Shown here in pieces: positions 1-14,699 of a stretch of 64,000 bases of DNA (position 1 is the first letter of the stretch; each line of letters opens with the position of its first letter). The stretch is taken from assembly GCA_964016885.1 (NCBI GenBank), contig OZ024740.1:386694001-386758000 (forward strand), in the 5' to 3' direction. A program made the translations under genes and the position numbers. Source of the DNA: Eledone cirrhosa. Taxonomy: Eukaryota. Under the pieces are notes generated by a model that saw nothing but the letters and a program-made list of their open reading frames with translations, had not been told where the DNA came from and made no database searches.

Positions 1-75
1 TAACTGGCCAGAAAGTGATGACTCGCTGAAGGGAATGTTTGAGGACTCGGACTCGCACGATCCTCTCGGGAATCG

Positions 76-167
76 AAGAAGAAGAAGAAGAAGAAGAAGA
101 AGAAGAAGAAGAAGAAGAAGAAGAAGAAGAAGAAGAAGAAGAAGAAGAAGAAGAAGAAGAAGAAGAA

Positions 168-217
<50 letters not shown>

Positions 218-296
218 AGAAGAAGAAGAAGAAGAAGAAGAAGAAGAAGAAGAAGAAGAAGAAGAAGAAGAAGAAGAAGAAGAAGAAGAAGACGAA

Positions 297-340
<44 letters not shown>

Positions 341-426
341 AGAAGAAGAAGAAGAAGAAGAAGAAGAAGGAGAAGGAGAAGAAGAAGAAGAAGAAGAAGA
401 AGAAGAAGAAGAAGAAGAAGAAGAAG
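76..426 (+). repeat. (GAA)n/(GAC)n trinucleotide microsatellite, possibly the tail of a LINE 3' end at 1-75
   Basis: Pure GAA and GAC runs; explains the poly-E/D/R ORFs. Confidence 0.95.
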
Positions 427-1630
427 ATATATATATAAAAAATACATATGCATATATAAATATACTCTTATATGAAATATACATATACAAATATATGTTG
501 TCATATATAAAATATAACACACGTTTTACAATGTAAAAGGGTTAAAAAATATATAATTCTTTTTTTTATAATTCAAAAATATACTCTTTCTGGAATGACT
601 TCGAAATCCTATGAAATGAATGCTCTGGTAATAAAAATAATTATAGATACATGATTATAAATATGTAAACGAAGGCCGTGGGGGAGTGACTAGATATATG
701 TTTTGTGTACGAGTGCAAGCATGTGTGTGCGTATAAGTGTGTGTGCGTGCGTATGTGTTTATTTGTTTGTTTGTTTGTGTGTGTGTGCATATGTATGTGT
801 GTGTGTATGTGTGTTTGTGCGTGTGCGTGTGTGCATGTATGTGTGTATGTGTGCGTGTGTGTATGTGTGCGTGTGCATTGTGTGTGTGTGTGCGTGTGTG
901 TGTGTGTGTGAGAGTGTTTGTGTGTGTGTGTTTACACATTTTTCTTCTGTCGTTTTTATTCTATAGACACTAACTTGGGGTTAAATGTAAACAGTTAAAT
1001 CAACCTATTATAATCGTTTTAGAGATGTTCCGTTTTAAGTATACAAAATGGCATACATTAAAATGAAAGTGAATTAAAGTGAAAGGAAAAAATTCCACAA
1101 TAAAATGAAGCTGAATTGTTTTGCAGTCTTAGGCAAGATTTTGTTTTCTTTGACTCATACTTGACTGCCTTATCATGTTGAGCGAATTTATTGTTGAGTG
1201 GCAAGTGACAAATAAATCACTCAGAAAAACACTTCACAAATAAATCTTTCAGTTCATCGATTAAAAAAACAAAAAACAATTAAGCAATGATTTAAAATGA
1301 AAAAATAAGCATCTTTCATTTGAATGTCCTTTCAGTTTCATTTGCTTGCATTTGACTGCCATTTCTACCATGACAAGCGACCACGTAGATACTTCATTCT
1401 TTTTGGTGTAGTATAGTGTAGTGAAGAAGTGTAGTGAAGTACAGTGTAGAGTATTATTGGTTCACGGCTTCATTAGGTCTAGTATTATGTAGATGTATAT
1501 TTATGCTTTTAACATTCGTTATTGCCCTATAACAAATTGTTTGTCTTGTTCGTATAGTCAGATCGTTATTATTGGCTCCTTTGTTATTGTTGCCATTGTT
1601 CTTGTTGTCATAGACGTTACATCACTTTTC

Positions 1631-2008
1631 CTACGGCAATGGCATGGGCAAAGAGATAGTTGACGAGGCAGGCTTATGCATGCACACACATCCAATTGAT
1701 ATATTCATATTTTTATTGACGAAAGGATCGTTTGCACTAGCTCGCTCTTGGACAAGGATCTCCAGATACTGTTCCTCACAAACGTGGTTTATTCCAGAGG
1801 CACAGGTTTTCCGACAGCAGCGCCTTTCGAGTAATACCTTTGGAAAGCGATTCTCAACGTTACTATTAAGTTTTGTGTATGATGGGCATAGCATCGTATT
1901 CCTATGGTCGTGGCACGAACTAATGGGAGCGCCATTCGTCATTGAAAGCATTCTGCGAAAACAATTCGCTTCCACAGAAACGGCAATGTAGAATAATACG
2001 AAGAGTAA
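1631..2008 (-). CDS. IL17: IL-17-like cytokine, coding exon 2 (end of signal peptide + cystine-knot domain)
   Basis: Acceptor ttttatattttcag, then LLFVLFYIAVSVEANC...MLCPSYTKLNSNVENRFPKVLLERRCCRKTC...CEEQYLEILV...ISIGCVC...stop. Matches the IL-17 pattern CP..(N/D)..NRFP..L.E..C..C...C......V...GCxC. 378 nt, phase 0. Confidence 0.85.
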   Translation of the reverse strand, partial: LLFVLFYIAVSVEANCFRRMLSMTNGAPISSCHDHRNTMLCPSYTKLNSNVENRFPKVLLERRCCRKTCASGINHVCEEQYLEILVQERASANDPFVNKNMNISIGCVCMHKPASSTISLPMPLP

Positions 2009-2539
2009 CTGAAAATATAAAAGAAAGGCAATATTTAATAACTCTTAAGGTAATTTTAAAACACACATACACGCACACAAGTACACAGACAAGGACTCAT
2101 GCATATAACACATGCACATACACACACTCATATATGCGCATGATGCCCTGAGCTTTGTTTCACACACTTTGCTTGTTTAATCAATCGGATTTTATGGTAA
2201 ATTCTACAGTAAATTCTACTCGAGATAACACAATATAGAATTAGAAATAGGGTTCTATAATCCTGCCGTTCTATATGAAACATATTTGAAGGCATGGGCT
2301 ATTAAATGTAACACACACACACGTATGTATGTATGTATGTATGTATGTATGTATGTATGTATGTATGTATGTATGTATGTACGTATTGTGCAAGGCTTTT
2401 CTATACTTAAAAATCCATCTTTCATATGTGCTGCATGAATATGGCTGGCATCAGCCGCGGAAAAAGGCTTTTTTTCAGGCCAACCATGTTTTGGAAGGGG
2501 ATCAAGTGATGCCAATTCTCAAAATTGAGATGCAGCCCT

Positions 2540-2631
<92 letters not shown>

Positions 2632-2766
2632 AATGTATGTATAGTATATTTGGTAATGTACCGTATGTTTAATTAAAAACATTTTGAAGCTCTCGGAGCT
2701 TTCAACAGTAATGGTTGCATTCTTTAAGGGTATGTCAATATTTATTTATAAAACTGCTCTATATTA

Positions 2767-2831
2767 TATTTTATCTGATGAAAGCACACCATAATTTAAC
2801 TTGGTGTCCTTGAAATATGTATAATGAAATA
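2767..2831 (+). ncRNA. Type I hammerhead ribozyme, family A
   Basis: tattttat-CTGATGA-aag(cacacca..tggtgtc)ctt-GAAA-tatgta-TA-atgaaata; homologous copies at 45066, 44881 (-) and 53855. Confidence 0.75.
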
Positions 2832-2870
2832 AATATGGTTTTATAAATATAGTTTCCATTTGTTAATATC

Positions 2871-2984
<114 letters not shown>

Positions 2985-3176
2985 CCTTGCACACACATTC
3001 ATTACTATAAGTTGGAAAGAAGCTTAGAGGATTCAAACACCATATATTTCAAGAGCGGGAATTTTGCCTCATATTAAGGAAATGCAAAGGCGCGTCGCTT
3101 AGTTCCATCCCCATAGTATTTCAGTGCCATTGCAAATAAGTACGTAACAGAGATAAAATGAGTTTGAAAGAATATA

Positions 3177-3262
<86 letters not shown>

Positions 3263-3453
3263 AAGGTTTGTTGGTTCACCACTGGATAGAACTGGTCATT
3301 CCGTATGGTCAATCCTGGTGTAATATTGTGAAGAGTACTCAACGTAGTGCAGTTCACCCATCTTCGTTTGTGTAGTTGGTGGTGCGAATACGGAGTTAAT
3401 TATAAAAGAAATAACAGGAGGCTGGACTGGTGTAAATCCTTGAAAGGTTTATT

Positions 3454-3512
3454 ATACTATGATCATTTCAATGACCGGGTTCCATATGAATCCGGTGATA
3501 TCATCAGGTATT
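3454..3512 (-). ncRNA. Type I hammerhead ribozyme, family B
   Basis: atac-CTGATGA-..accgg..ccggt..-GAAA-tgatca-TA-gtat; palindromic stem III ATGATCAT. Confidence 0.7.
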
Positions 3513-4032
3513 GGAATATAACAAAGGAATATGTAAAAAGCCATGGGTCCGAAAAACCATGAGAGGGCGGCCGACCAACTAGCTTCACAGCCAGCCGCCC
3601 TCAAAGTGTTGGCAACCGAAAACTATCAGTGAATATCTGGTAAGGGGGCGCAAGCCTATTATGTACTACCACCACTCCGTCAAAGAAGAAGGGGAAGAAA
3701 GAAAGAAAGGCAGAAAGAAGTGTAGTGTAAGGGTCAAACTACATTCATGTTAGAAAATGCCGCGAAAAAAATGCTACCCAAAGAATCTATAGTGGGTGTC
3801 TGTATGGTCTAATGTGTGAACGCTAAACTAATGTTGGAACGCTAAACTTATGTTGCGAGTTACAGGATGAAATAAGATAAAATAAAAAATATTATATTGC
3901 AAAATGGTAAATTGAAAAATAGAGGTAGCGAGATTTATTAATTTAACGAACTTACGGAGAGAGTCTTATATGAAAAAAATTGTTTATTTAACTCGATAAG
4001 ATATATTTTTACATATTCCTTTGTTATATTCC

Positions 4033-4091
4033 AATACCTGAGGATATCACCGGATTCATATGGTACCCGGTCATTGAAATGATCATAGTAT
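4033..4091 (+). ncRNA. Type I hammerhead ribozyme, family B
   Basis: atac-CTGAGGA-tatcaccgg...ccggtcatt-GAAA-tgatca-TA-gtat. Confidence 0.7.
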
Positions 4092-4119
4092 GATTACACC
4101 AGTCCAGCCTCCTGTTATT

Positions 4120-4272
<153 letters not shown>

Positions 4273-4364
4273 TTAGAGCAAACATCACGGGCGCTCTATC
4301 TCAAAATTATTTTTGAAAAGCATTAGAAATGCGCAACCGGTAAAAACTTAAAACTAAAACTGAA

Positions 4365-4460
4365 TACTAACCAATACTTATTACTAATTTTTACTTATTC
4401 CTAATTTTTACTTAATACTAATTTTTACTTATTACTAATTTTTACTTATTCCTAATTAAA
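4365..4460 (+). repeat. Short tandem repeat, ~18-bp unit (tacttattactaattttt)
   Basis: About 5 visible copies. Confidence 0.7.
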
Positions 4461-4545
4461 CTATTTTACACTGGGAAAAATTTGTCACCATTTTCTTTTC
4501 CTTTTACTAATATATCACAACTCGTGTGTTACACGTCTATTCTTT

Positions 4546-4643
<98 letters not shown>

Positions 4644-4749
4644 TTTACGTCCGCTTTTCCCTGCTTGCAAGGGTGGGACGGGAACTGATATATATATATA
4701 TATTAAGAAATAAACCAAAGAAGCCTTCAATACATCAACAGTCTTTATT

Positions 4750-4790
4750 AGCCAACAATGTTTCGTCCTATTAAGGACTCATCGGGGCAA
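4750..4790 (-). ncRNA. Minimal hammerhead motif, family C (U4C core change)
   Basis: gcc-CCGATGA-gtcc(ttaata)ggac-GAAA-cattg-TT-ggc. Confidence 0.6.
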
Positions 4791-5762
4791 GTAAAGCTAT
4801 AAGAAGCACTATCAGCCAATACAAGCCCAAAACTCAGAAGAATATGGAGTATACATACATTAAGGCATAGGAAAATTATCAAGTAAAAATTATCAAGTAA
4901 AAATTGCTAAGGAAGTGAATAACATTTTGAACCATATTACAAATATAGTACAATGCAAAAAGTAAAGCTAAACACAAGTGGTGATATAAAGGGAGAATTA
5001 CGGTGCTAAATATAATATAATATAATATAATATAATTGATAATGATAATAATAATAATATTAAAAGGCTAATAAACATACATATACATATACATATGTAC
5101 ACATATACATATACATATATATATATCAATACACATATCCATCTATACAAACCCAAATTAACACCTATTAAGAGTTTAAATATAAATAAAAATAAAAATA
5201 AAAATAAAAATAAAAATAATACATATATTATTTACAGTATAAAATGATAAAGAAATGAGTAGAAGTAAACATATAAAATATAATATACTATATAAATATA
5301 TAATTAATAATCCCCGGTCAATTTGAACAAACAGTATAAATATTACAATAACCCTATAATAACAATATTATAATATATTGGCATATAGCATAACAAATCA
5401 TATAAAGTTACACACAGCGGGTGAGAAAAAAATATCATACAGAACTAAATTGTGTTGAAAAGATTGAGCTGGAAAAATACTATACCGTTGTAAGAAAACA
5501 GACGGAGGTCAAGTTTTTATACAATTGGTATAAATAAGTATTATCTAAACATTACAAAAATTATAAAAATATCAACATATTACAGAATTTACAAAATTTA
5601 ACATAAGGGTACATCATATCAAATAATGAATATAGTATAATATACATAATTACATGGTTGGTAGACAGACATATGTGAATAAGTGAATAAGACCCAGACA
5701 GAAAACTACGCTTGAGCTCAGCCGTCGGGATCCTACTCGTTCCTATATATTAATATATATAT

Positions 5763-5941
5763 ATGGTGGATTGGCAGTATCGGTAGAGGGTCGGACGCCA
5801 TGCTTTCCAGCATAGTTACGTCCCTTTACGATCTGAGTTCAAATCCCGCCGAGGTTGACTTTGCCTTTCATCCTTACGGGGTCGATAAAATAAAGTACCA
5901 GTAATGAACTGAGTAATTGCTGGCCTTGTGCCTAAAGTAGA

Positions 5942-5947
<6 letters not shown>
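5763..5947 (+). mobile_element. tRNA-derived SINE (cephalopod type)
   Basis: A-box-like tggcagtatcggt, B-box gagttcaaatcc, central gactttgcctttcatcc..ggggtcgataaa..agtacc; near-identical copy at 31583-31718. Confidence 0.8.
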
Positions 5948-5982
<35 letters not shown>

Positions 5983-6163
5983 TAAAAAATGAAACGAAAT
6001 TTCATTTCTCACTCTTAGTACGGCTGATACCTAAATATAAGTATGTATACGTACATACACATATGTGTACAGACGCACAGTAGTATGTATATATGTGTGC
6101 ATGTATATATATATATACATACTACTGTGCGTCTGTACACATATATGTATGTACGTATACATA

Positions 6164-6204
<41 letters not shown>

Positions 6205-6412
6205 GCATATATTTAAATATATATATATATATAAAGAATATATACATATATAAATGTATATGTATGTATGTGTGTATATATATATATATATACATTATAT
6301 TAATAAACGGAAAAAAAGACAACCTTAACGGTTGGAACCCCTTGTTGAGTGCTTTATATCTGTTATAAACATTTTAAAGCTTGTTGAATCCCAAAAAATT
6401 AAATATAACCTC

Positions 6413-6452
<40 letters not shown>

Positions 6453-6652
6453 AGTGTAAGCTAAGTAAAATCGAAACTTTGGCTGTGGCCAAGCAAAGTC
6501 GACCTACAATAAGGAATGAGTAGCAAAGCACTCAATAAGGGTAGAGTAATAACATTACGTTTAAAAAGCTTGACAAATTGAAAATTGCGGTAGGCAACAT
6601 CCAACCATACAATACCAAAAACAACGAAAGAACTAATCAGGTTATATATAAA

Positions 6653-6757
<105 letters not shown>

Positions 6758-6764
6758 GAATATA

Positions 6765-6823
<59 letters not shown>

Positions 6824-6845
6824 CATACATATATAAATGTATATG

Positions 6846-6896
<51 letters not shown>

Positions 6897-7042
6897 AGAA
6901 ATTAAAAAATGGTTTAAAAAGTTCCATATATTTAACCATCTTTTAATTTCTTCTTTAATATATATACTCCAGTTCTCCCAACTGTTGAGTGCTACTGATC
7001 TGATATATGCATAGTTTTATTGTTCTACAATATTACTCACCT

Positions 7043-7188
<146 letters not shown>

Positions 7189-7368
7189 TTCACTACACTA
7201 CACTGCAAAAAATTTCAAACATACATGCATACATATGTAAATACATATTTATACACACACACATATATATATATATCCATGCACACACATTCATATTTAT
7301 ATACATATATGTATATATATATATTATAAATAAATATACACGGGTGTGTATGATATATATATATATAC

Positions 7369-7543
<175 letters not shown>

Positions 7544-7566
7544 AATATATATATATATATTATATA

Positions 7567-7606
<40 letters not shown>

Positions 7607-7622
7607 TATATATTATATATAT

Positions 7623-7833
<211 letters not shown>

Positions 7834-7947
7834 TAAGAGGAATTCCAACTTTGTCTGATTTACTCGTTTTATTTACAATCCTTTAAAATATATATAATGG
7901 TATTATAATGAAATAGTATGATAGAATATTAAATTCTAAGTGTTAAT

Positions 7948-7986
7948 TGAACAAGTACTTTCATGCTTTCGCAATCTTCAGGTTCA
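7948..7986 (-). ncRNA. Minimal hammerhead ribozyme, family D
   Basis: Reverse complement of the motif at 8060-8098. Confidence 0.85.
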
Positions 7987-8059
7987 TGATATGTGGTGAC
8001 AGTCGAGTTTGCAATTTTCAACTGTTGAAAATTGCAAACTCGACTGTCACCACATATCA

Positions 8060-8098
8060 TGAACCTGAAGATTGCGAAAGCATGAAAGTACTTGTTCA
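8060..8098 (+). ncRNA. Minimal hammerhead ribozyme, family D
   Basis: tgaac-CTGAAGA-ttgc(gaaa)gcat-GAAA-gtac-TT-gttca; GNRA-capped stem II, palindromic stem III AGTACT. Confidence 0.85.
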
Positions 8099-8475
8099 AT
8101 TAACACTTAGAATTTAATATTCTATCATACTATTTCATTATAATACCATTATATATATTTTAAAGGATTGTAAATAAAACGAGTAAATCAGACAAAGTTG
8201 GAATTCCTCTTATTAATATAATCTTCTATACACAATCATACACACCCGTGTATATTTACCTATCTATATCTATATATATATATATATACGTATATATATA
8301 TATATCATACACACCCGTGTATATTTATTTATAATATATATATATATACATATATGTATATAAATATGAATGTGTGTGCATGGATATACATATATATATG
8401 TGTGTGTGTGTATAAATATGTATTTACATATGTATGCATGTATGTTTGAAATTTTTTGCAGTGTAGTGTAGTGAA

Positions 8476-8612
<137 letters not shown>

Positions 8613-8634
8613 ATATATATATATATATTATATA

Positions 8635-8687
<53 letters not shown>

Positions 8688-8761
8688 AATATATATATAT
8701 ATATTATATATATATATTATATATATATATATATATAATATATATATATATATAATATAGT

Positions 8762-8810
8762 GCTTCCTGAAGATTTCATCTGAATGAAACAGTACTAGTC
8801 CTGTAGAAGC
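8762..8810 (+). ncRNA. Type I hammerhead ribozyme, family E
   Basis: gcttc-CTGAAGA-tttca(tc)tgaat-GAAA-cag(tactagtc)ctg-TA-gaagc. Confidence 0.85.
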
Positions 8811-8897
8811 TCCTTCTATAAAATAAAAAAATTTTACTCTGCCATGTATTGAGTACCTTACTTACTGTGGTTATCCCCGACTCAACCCGGGACCTAC

Positions 8898-8964
<67 letters not shown>

Positions 8965-8986
8965 TGTATGTATGTATGTATATATA

Positions 8987-9020
<34 letters not shown>

Positions 9021-9025
<5 letters not shown>

Positions 9026-9320
9026 CGTTTCTGAATTTGTTTAGCAAGATTCTTTATCTGAAATCGTGTGTTGAAACCGATATTGTTATACTTTGGGAGG
9101 GTCATGTTGCCAATAAGAAACACACGCACCAGTTGCTTTCACTTCAATTTATTATAATAAATTTATAATAAATTTCTGGTTGGTTGGTTGGTTCCACAAC
9201 CAGATAGTTGTTTATATATTGTCATAGTTCTTTCGTCACACACTCTGTGACCTCTTCAGTAACTGGGGATTCCTTTCTTTGTTTTTGTGCCTCTCCTCTG
9301 TTCTGTCCTACGCCATTTTG
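9021..9320 (-). mobile_element. Solo pseudo-LTR of the PLE at 28.1-30.0 kb, with HHR family F at 9221-9263
   Basis: Reverse complement of ~29660-29972; CTGAAGA-ggtcac..gtgac-GAAA. Confidence 0.85.
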
Positions 9321-9752
9321 TTTCTCTCTCTCTCTCTATATATATATATATGTATGTATGTATGTATATATATATATATATCATTGGATACCATCAGAGT
9401 TGCAGGTGTTATATGCAACTCTGATGGTATCCAATGATGTTGACTTGTTCTTCTTTTTGGTAAATATCATCTTGGTTAAGAGAGTGGGACTGGCTTTGTG
9501 CAGTGCCTTTGCTCACTATAAAAGCTTCACGGCACAGGCATTGCTGTATATCTGGAGATCTCTCTGCACTTGTCGTCACATGGTACCATGGGACCAGCAC
9601 TATGTGTTAATAATTGTCACAAGTGTAGTGTTTGTACCAGTGTTTTCAAGTCGCTGGCTGGACTAAAAAGTCACACTCGTTCAGCGCATCGGTAGGGGTT
9701 CTCCTACATGGATATAAGGTAGTGGCCGTACTCGAAAACGAGTTGGCAGCCA

Positions 9753-9842
<90 letters not shown>

Positions 9843-9977
9843 TATATATATACACAATGATATTGAATAAATGGAAACTATATTTATAAAACCATGTACA
9901 TATATATATGTGTGTACATACATACATATATATATATACATATGTATATATATATATACATTTATTTACACACATAC

Positions 9978-10046
<69 letters not shown>

Positions 10047-10155
10047 TGCATGCATGCGCATACCCACATACACTTGTATAATGCTAATAGAATATACTTC
10101 TAAATAATTATGCTTACACACGAATTAAAACGAAGAAAAACAAAGCTTTACTTAC

Positions 10156-10185
10156 AGAAATTTTTGCTGCGATCATCTTTTCCAT
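10156..10185 (-). CDS. IL17: IL-17-like cytokine, coding exon 1 (MEKMIAAKIS)
   Basis: ATG...TCT|gtaagt donor, 30 nt, phase 0. Joins exon 2 into the signal peptide MEKMIAAKISLLFVLFYIAVSVEA across an ~8.1 kb intron. Confidence 0.75.
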
Positions 10186-10399
10186 CTTTGCTGAGAATTA
10201 TAGTAAGTTGTAAGTTACGTTGAATGAGTATGTTTGAATCTTTGTATAATATCTTTGAATAATATAACGATTGACAACTATGCTTAAAAACTTTGGACTT
10301 CTTTCAAATAGAAAAGTAAAAAGTCATGAAAGCTCAAATTGATTGTTGATCTTCTGGCAACCAAATCTGGTTATGTTGTGTTCAGGGATTGAAGAAGCA

Positions 10400-10545
10400 T
10401 TTATATAGTCTTTTTTTTTTTGTGACTGGTTGGTAAGCATATTACATCATGACATGGTTTTAATGACTGCATCCTGATTAAATCAACTCATGCAAATCTT
10501 TTCCTTGACAAAGCAAATAGATGTGAATATTTTATGCAAATAGCC
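10400..10545 (-). promoter_or_regulatory. Putative IL-17-like promoter: TATA box plus C/EBP-ATF and octamer motifs
   Basis: TATATAAA at 10407-10400 (-), ~215 nt upstream of the ATG; TGATGTAAT at ~10441-10449 (-); ATGCAAAT at ~10490 and ~10534 (+). Confidence 0.5.
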
Positions 10546-11130
10546 TACCTTTATTTTTTTTCCTCGCAAAAACATGTCATATCCTCTTCGTGGAAGTTAT
10601 TTTTAGAGAAATAAGGATGTCGAAGTGACATAATTTCGTTTGCCGTAACCTACAAATGACTTCTCTTTGGTTCATTTAATTGTTCATAAAGTATTTATAT
10701 AAATAAATGTTTTAATTGTGTATGAGGAAAAAGAAAGATTTATATTTTTTTACGCATTACAACGACTATTTCATGGAGTTTAACCGGAAACGGATGTAAA
10801 TAAAGAAATCATTATTATTTGTTTGGTTTATTTTGATTGCTTAACTCCTATTTTTTCCCCCAAAACCCTTGCATTTTTCTTATGGACTCTTATTTAAAAA
10901 TATATCAAAATTAGTTCTTACTGAATTATATAGCTATTTCTTTTTTCTATTCTTTTAGGATATACTTACCAATGATTACCTCATAACATCCTTTATGTAA
11001 TCACCTTCCTAATTCCTTCTTATACATTTATATTATTGGCGCATATTTAGGTGAAAAGGATTCAGGGGTCGTTACTGAGATAAACTGTTTCATGTATTCA
11101 TTTGTTATTTGCTGTCTGTATTATAGTTAA

Positions 11131-12252
11131 CTAGCTGAATGACCCGGTGTTGTCCGGGTTACTGCTGTTACAGATTAATAAACAATAAATGTGAAAATGT
11201 ATTTTTCTCTCATAATTATTTCAAAATATCTATATCTTATTAAAAGAAATATCAAAATTGTAATGATAATAGAATTTAGAAATGAAAATCTGTAAATCTT
11301 GAAGCCTCTCAGGGTAAACAATATTCATTCTGTAATTTTTTGTTGGTGTCCAAATAAATAAATTGTTGTTGCTTCCAACTCATGAGCAACCAACATAGAG
11401 TTGACTGTGCGAGAAACATGTAGTAGAGAGATCAAGTCCAACTACCTTGGGGGATCGAGCCTGAGATTTGTTAATTGGAATAACAAAACTTAGTTTGACT
11501 GGAAACTGAAGCCTCTTAAATTCAAATGGAACAGCTGTAGGTATGAGAGGAATTTTTAGAATAAAGACATTTTGTTTTTAACATTGTAAACAAATAAGTA
11601 TCAACATCCAAAAGAAATAAATATTAATTATTATTTTTGTATGCAGTGTAAATTAACCAAATATAAGCAAATGTATTAACTGCTAATTTCACAGTATGAG
11701 AATATAAATAGAAAAGAACAGACGCACATACACTCACACAAACATACACTTATAAAAAAAACACACAGACATACATTCACACAAACACACACAGTTTCAC
11801 TCCCAGCGTTTCGTTATGTCAGTCGTCACAGAAATGTATGTATATGCACACACACATACACTCTCACATACACTCATACACATATACTTGTCAGTCATCA
11901 CATGTGTAGTGTGTATGTGTTTAATTCTCGGTGTATCTGATGTATATGTTATAACTTACTAAGGCCTAATGTATGTAACGAACACGTAAACACATACTCA
12001 TATACAAAATGTGATGTTGTCGTTGTCTTCGTCGTCATGTTATAAAATGTCCGTTTACATATAGTTGACTATAGTAGAATATTTTAGATAAAATATTATA
12101 TTGTTTTAATCCAAATGAAAATAAAAATTACATGTTGTTAATCCCGGGGCCTAATACCTTGTAAAATTTGATTTGATTTAATCGAGCCATTTCAGAATGC
12201 ATAAGGAAAAGACATACAGACAAAGAGACAAAGAACTTTATACAGAGAGAGA
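11131..12252 (-). mobile_element. Non-autonomous Helitron carrying a Pif1 helicase C-terminal fragment
   Basis: 5' a|TC terminus at 12252; 3' hairpin cccggacaacaccggg + CTAG|t at 11131; ~11310-11575 translates ..IPLIPTAVPFEFKRLQFPVKLSFVIPINKSQ..VVGLDL..CFSHSQLYVGCS*V.. Confidence 0.85.
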
Positions 12253-12772
12253 TTAGCATATTTATCACATATCCTTCTGAGTGATATTCTTTATGCCGCA
12301 CTTTTAGATTTTTAAGTATGCTTTTACGATTTTGTTTGCAACATGTTTTTACACAGATGTTTCTAACAGGGAACTGTCTGTCCATGAAAGGAAAAGCAGG
12401 TGTAGTCCATAAGAGGGCAATCTAGCTATGAAAAAATCTTGTCTGTAGAGTTCATTCATTGTACTAAAGGAAGAATGTTTTTTAAGATAGAATTGTGAAA
12501 GTACAAGAGGTACAATCTTGCAGAGTGTGATCTGTAGTACAGTTTCTATTATCGTCTCAAAATATTTCTCTTTAATAAAATTGTCTGTGAAAGCATCCGA
12601 AAAATGCAAGGCGATCTTAACTTTTAATTTTCTCTCCATTTAAAACAAAGAAATACCTCATATCCTTGTCAATATTTTTACTCTTTAACTATAGAGATTT
12701 ATATCAATAATAATAATTATTATTATACATGCTAGGGAGTGTCACCCCCATCCCTGTGTCAACCCCTCATCA

Positions 12773-13600
12773 GTACAGTTTTTGTACACTTATATCTACA
12801 TGAGACTTGCATCTCGGTCTTTAGAATTTAGCCCAAAACAATGTTGTTTGCATTTGATATCAGCAAAGGATGAGAATCTCTACACTTCTCTCATATCTTG
12901 GATCGATTTTTTTTTTTACATTCTCATGCAACAGACTTCTTTCTTTTCCTTTCGTTATCCTACTGAGCTTCATCACCCCACCACTCCGATCCCTCAGGAA
13001 ACACTTTTCCAGACCTTCTTCCTAATAATTCTTAAACTTAGGAATTCCCTTCCAGCTTAGATCTACGAGGTGGTGATGAAATGTTTCTGGCTTGATCACT
13101 GCTACAGAGCGGCAAAATACGAGTCCTGTTGTGCAAACCACAACATTGCATCACCAGAATATGTCGGTAACGAAGAATTGCTCATGATGAACACAGTAGC
13201 CGCTGAGCGAAATTTTTTTCAACTGCCGCACACGTGGTTTAACTTTCATGAACCCGCCAACGACAACATATTTGAAAGGAAAAAATTAGCTGTATTTTCA
13301 AAATTATAGGCACACGTGGTAGTACCATGAATAGCTGAAGTAAAATGTAGCACCGAGCAAGTAAGATGGTGACTTCAAAACGAAAGCTTGGTTGAATCGA
13401 CGACACGAGGGACAAAAATTTTGTTTTCTATTTTGTTCGCCCCACACGAACTGACTGAAATAAAACGAATTTCCTGGAGTCATGAATAATTTTTTTTTAT
13501 GTGTAGTTGTTGGGTTTACCATTTTAGTGGAGTTGTTTAGCAATATATTGTGTAGCAATAAATTGTAATAGTGTATGAAAATATTTGTCACAACTTTTAT
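12773..13600 (-). mobile_element. Degraded DNA transposon remnant, possibly Tigger/pogo-like
   Basis: TACAG-like end and a degenerate DAMLWF-like segment; weak. Confidence 0.25.
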
Positions 13601-14699
13601 ACGCTGTTGAATAAATGAATTGGTTTTGCTGCGTATTCGGGGTCACCACTTTTGGTGAGTTGGTCCCAGGGTTACTTACTCCAGTAAGTACCACCGGATG
13701 CCAACTACTAAATTTAATAGAAAATAGAGATAGGAGAATTTTCATACAATTTCATTTCGTGTGAGAATTATCTCTCACTACATTTGAAGTAATAACTGAA
13801 GCATAATAAGTTTCTCAAGACGAGTATCAAAATAACTTGCATTTATTGTAGTCCATATGTTACAAATGTGGCAAACAAATGACCTCGTGGCATGACAAGG
13901 TATAATCCTGAACCATAAGATGTGGTTGGAAAAAGGTTAGCATGTTTGCACTCGATGTGATCACTTCAAGGGTTAATCGGCCAAAGAGAGAGAGATGAAT
14001 TTCAGTTCCATCTTTTATAATCCCTTGAACGGAAGTTAAAAGGAAGGTTCTAGAATTTCAATGGGAAGTTACTCTTGCTACTTCCCTTGTCTAGAGAGCG
14101 CTACAGCAGTAAGGTAGATAACAATGACAATAACAACAGCCACAACAACAATAATAACAGGAACAGTATCAACCAAATCAACAATAATAACAACAGCCAC
14201 AATAACAGTAACAACAGTACCAACGAAAACATCAACAATGACATCGATACCTGTAACAGCGATCTCAGCACCACCAGGAAGACCAGTAGCGGCAGCAATA
14301 GTGGTGCCGCTGAGAAAGGGACCACTTCTTTTGTCGCCCGAAATATCGAAACAGTGTTAGTCACAGAGGAGGAGATGGCAGTCGCAAGGGCCATGGTTTG
14401 GTGCTAGGTGATAGAGGACTTCGGAACATTCTGGGTGGGTTCTAATTCGCAATAATTCTAAGGCAGAGTTTCGAGACAGGCATGTCTCCGTAATTTTTTT
14501 CTAGATTTGAGAGTGCACAATTGAAAAGGGGTGGGGGGAAGTGCTATCTATCAATTACCACCACTTGGCAACGGCCCGATGAGATGCTTTAAGGTCGTTA
14601 TTCATTAAAAAAACTGATGTTAAAGCGGTTGGAAACGATTTCCTTATTTGAAACTAGCACGGGCGAATTTTACATATTTAAGAATCAAACACAATTTCA

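Noticed and set aside
35-536. Poly-R and poly-E/D ORFs
   Set aside because: Translation of a GAA/GAC microsatellite
5763-5850. tRNA gene
   Set aside because: A/B boxes belong to a repeated SINE head; no cloverleaf
14075-14407. Asn-rich ORF and its Leu-rich antisense ORF
   Set aside because: Degenerate (AAC/AAT)n low-complexity sequence; no splice or homology support
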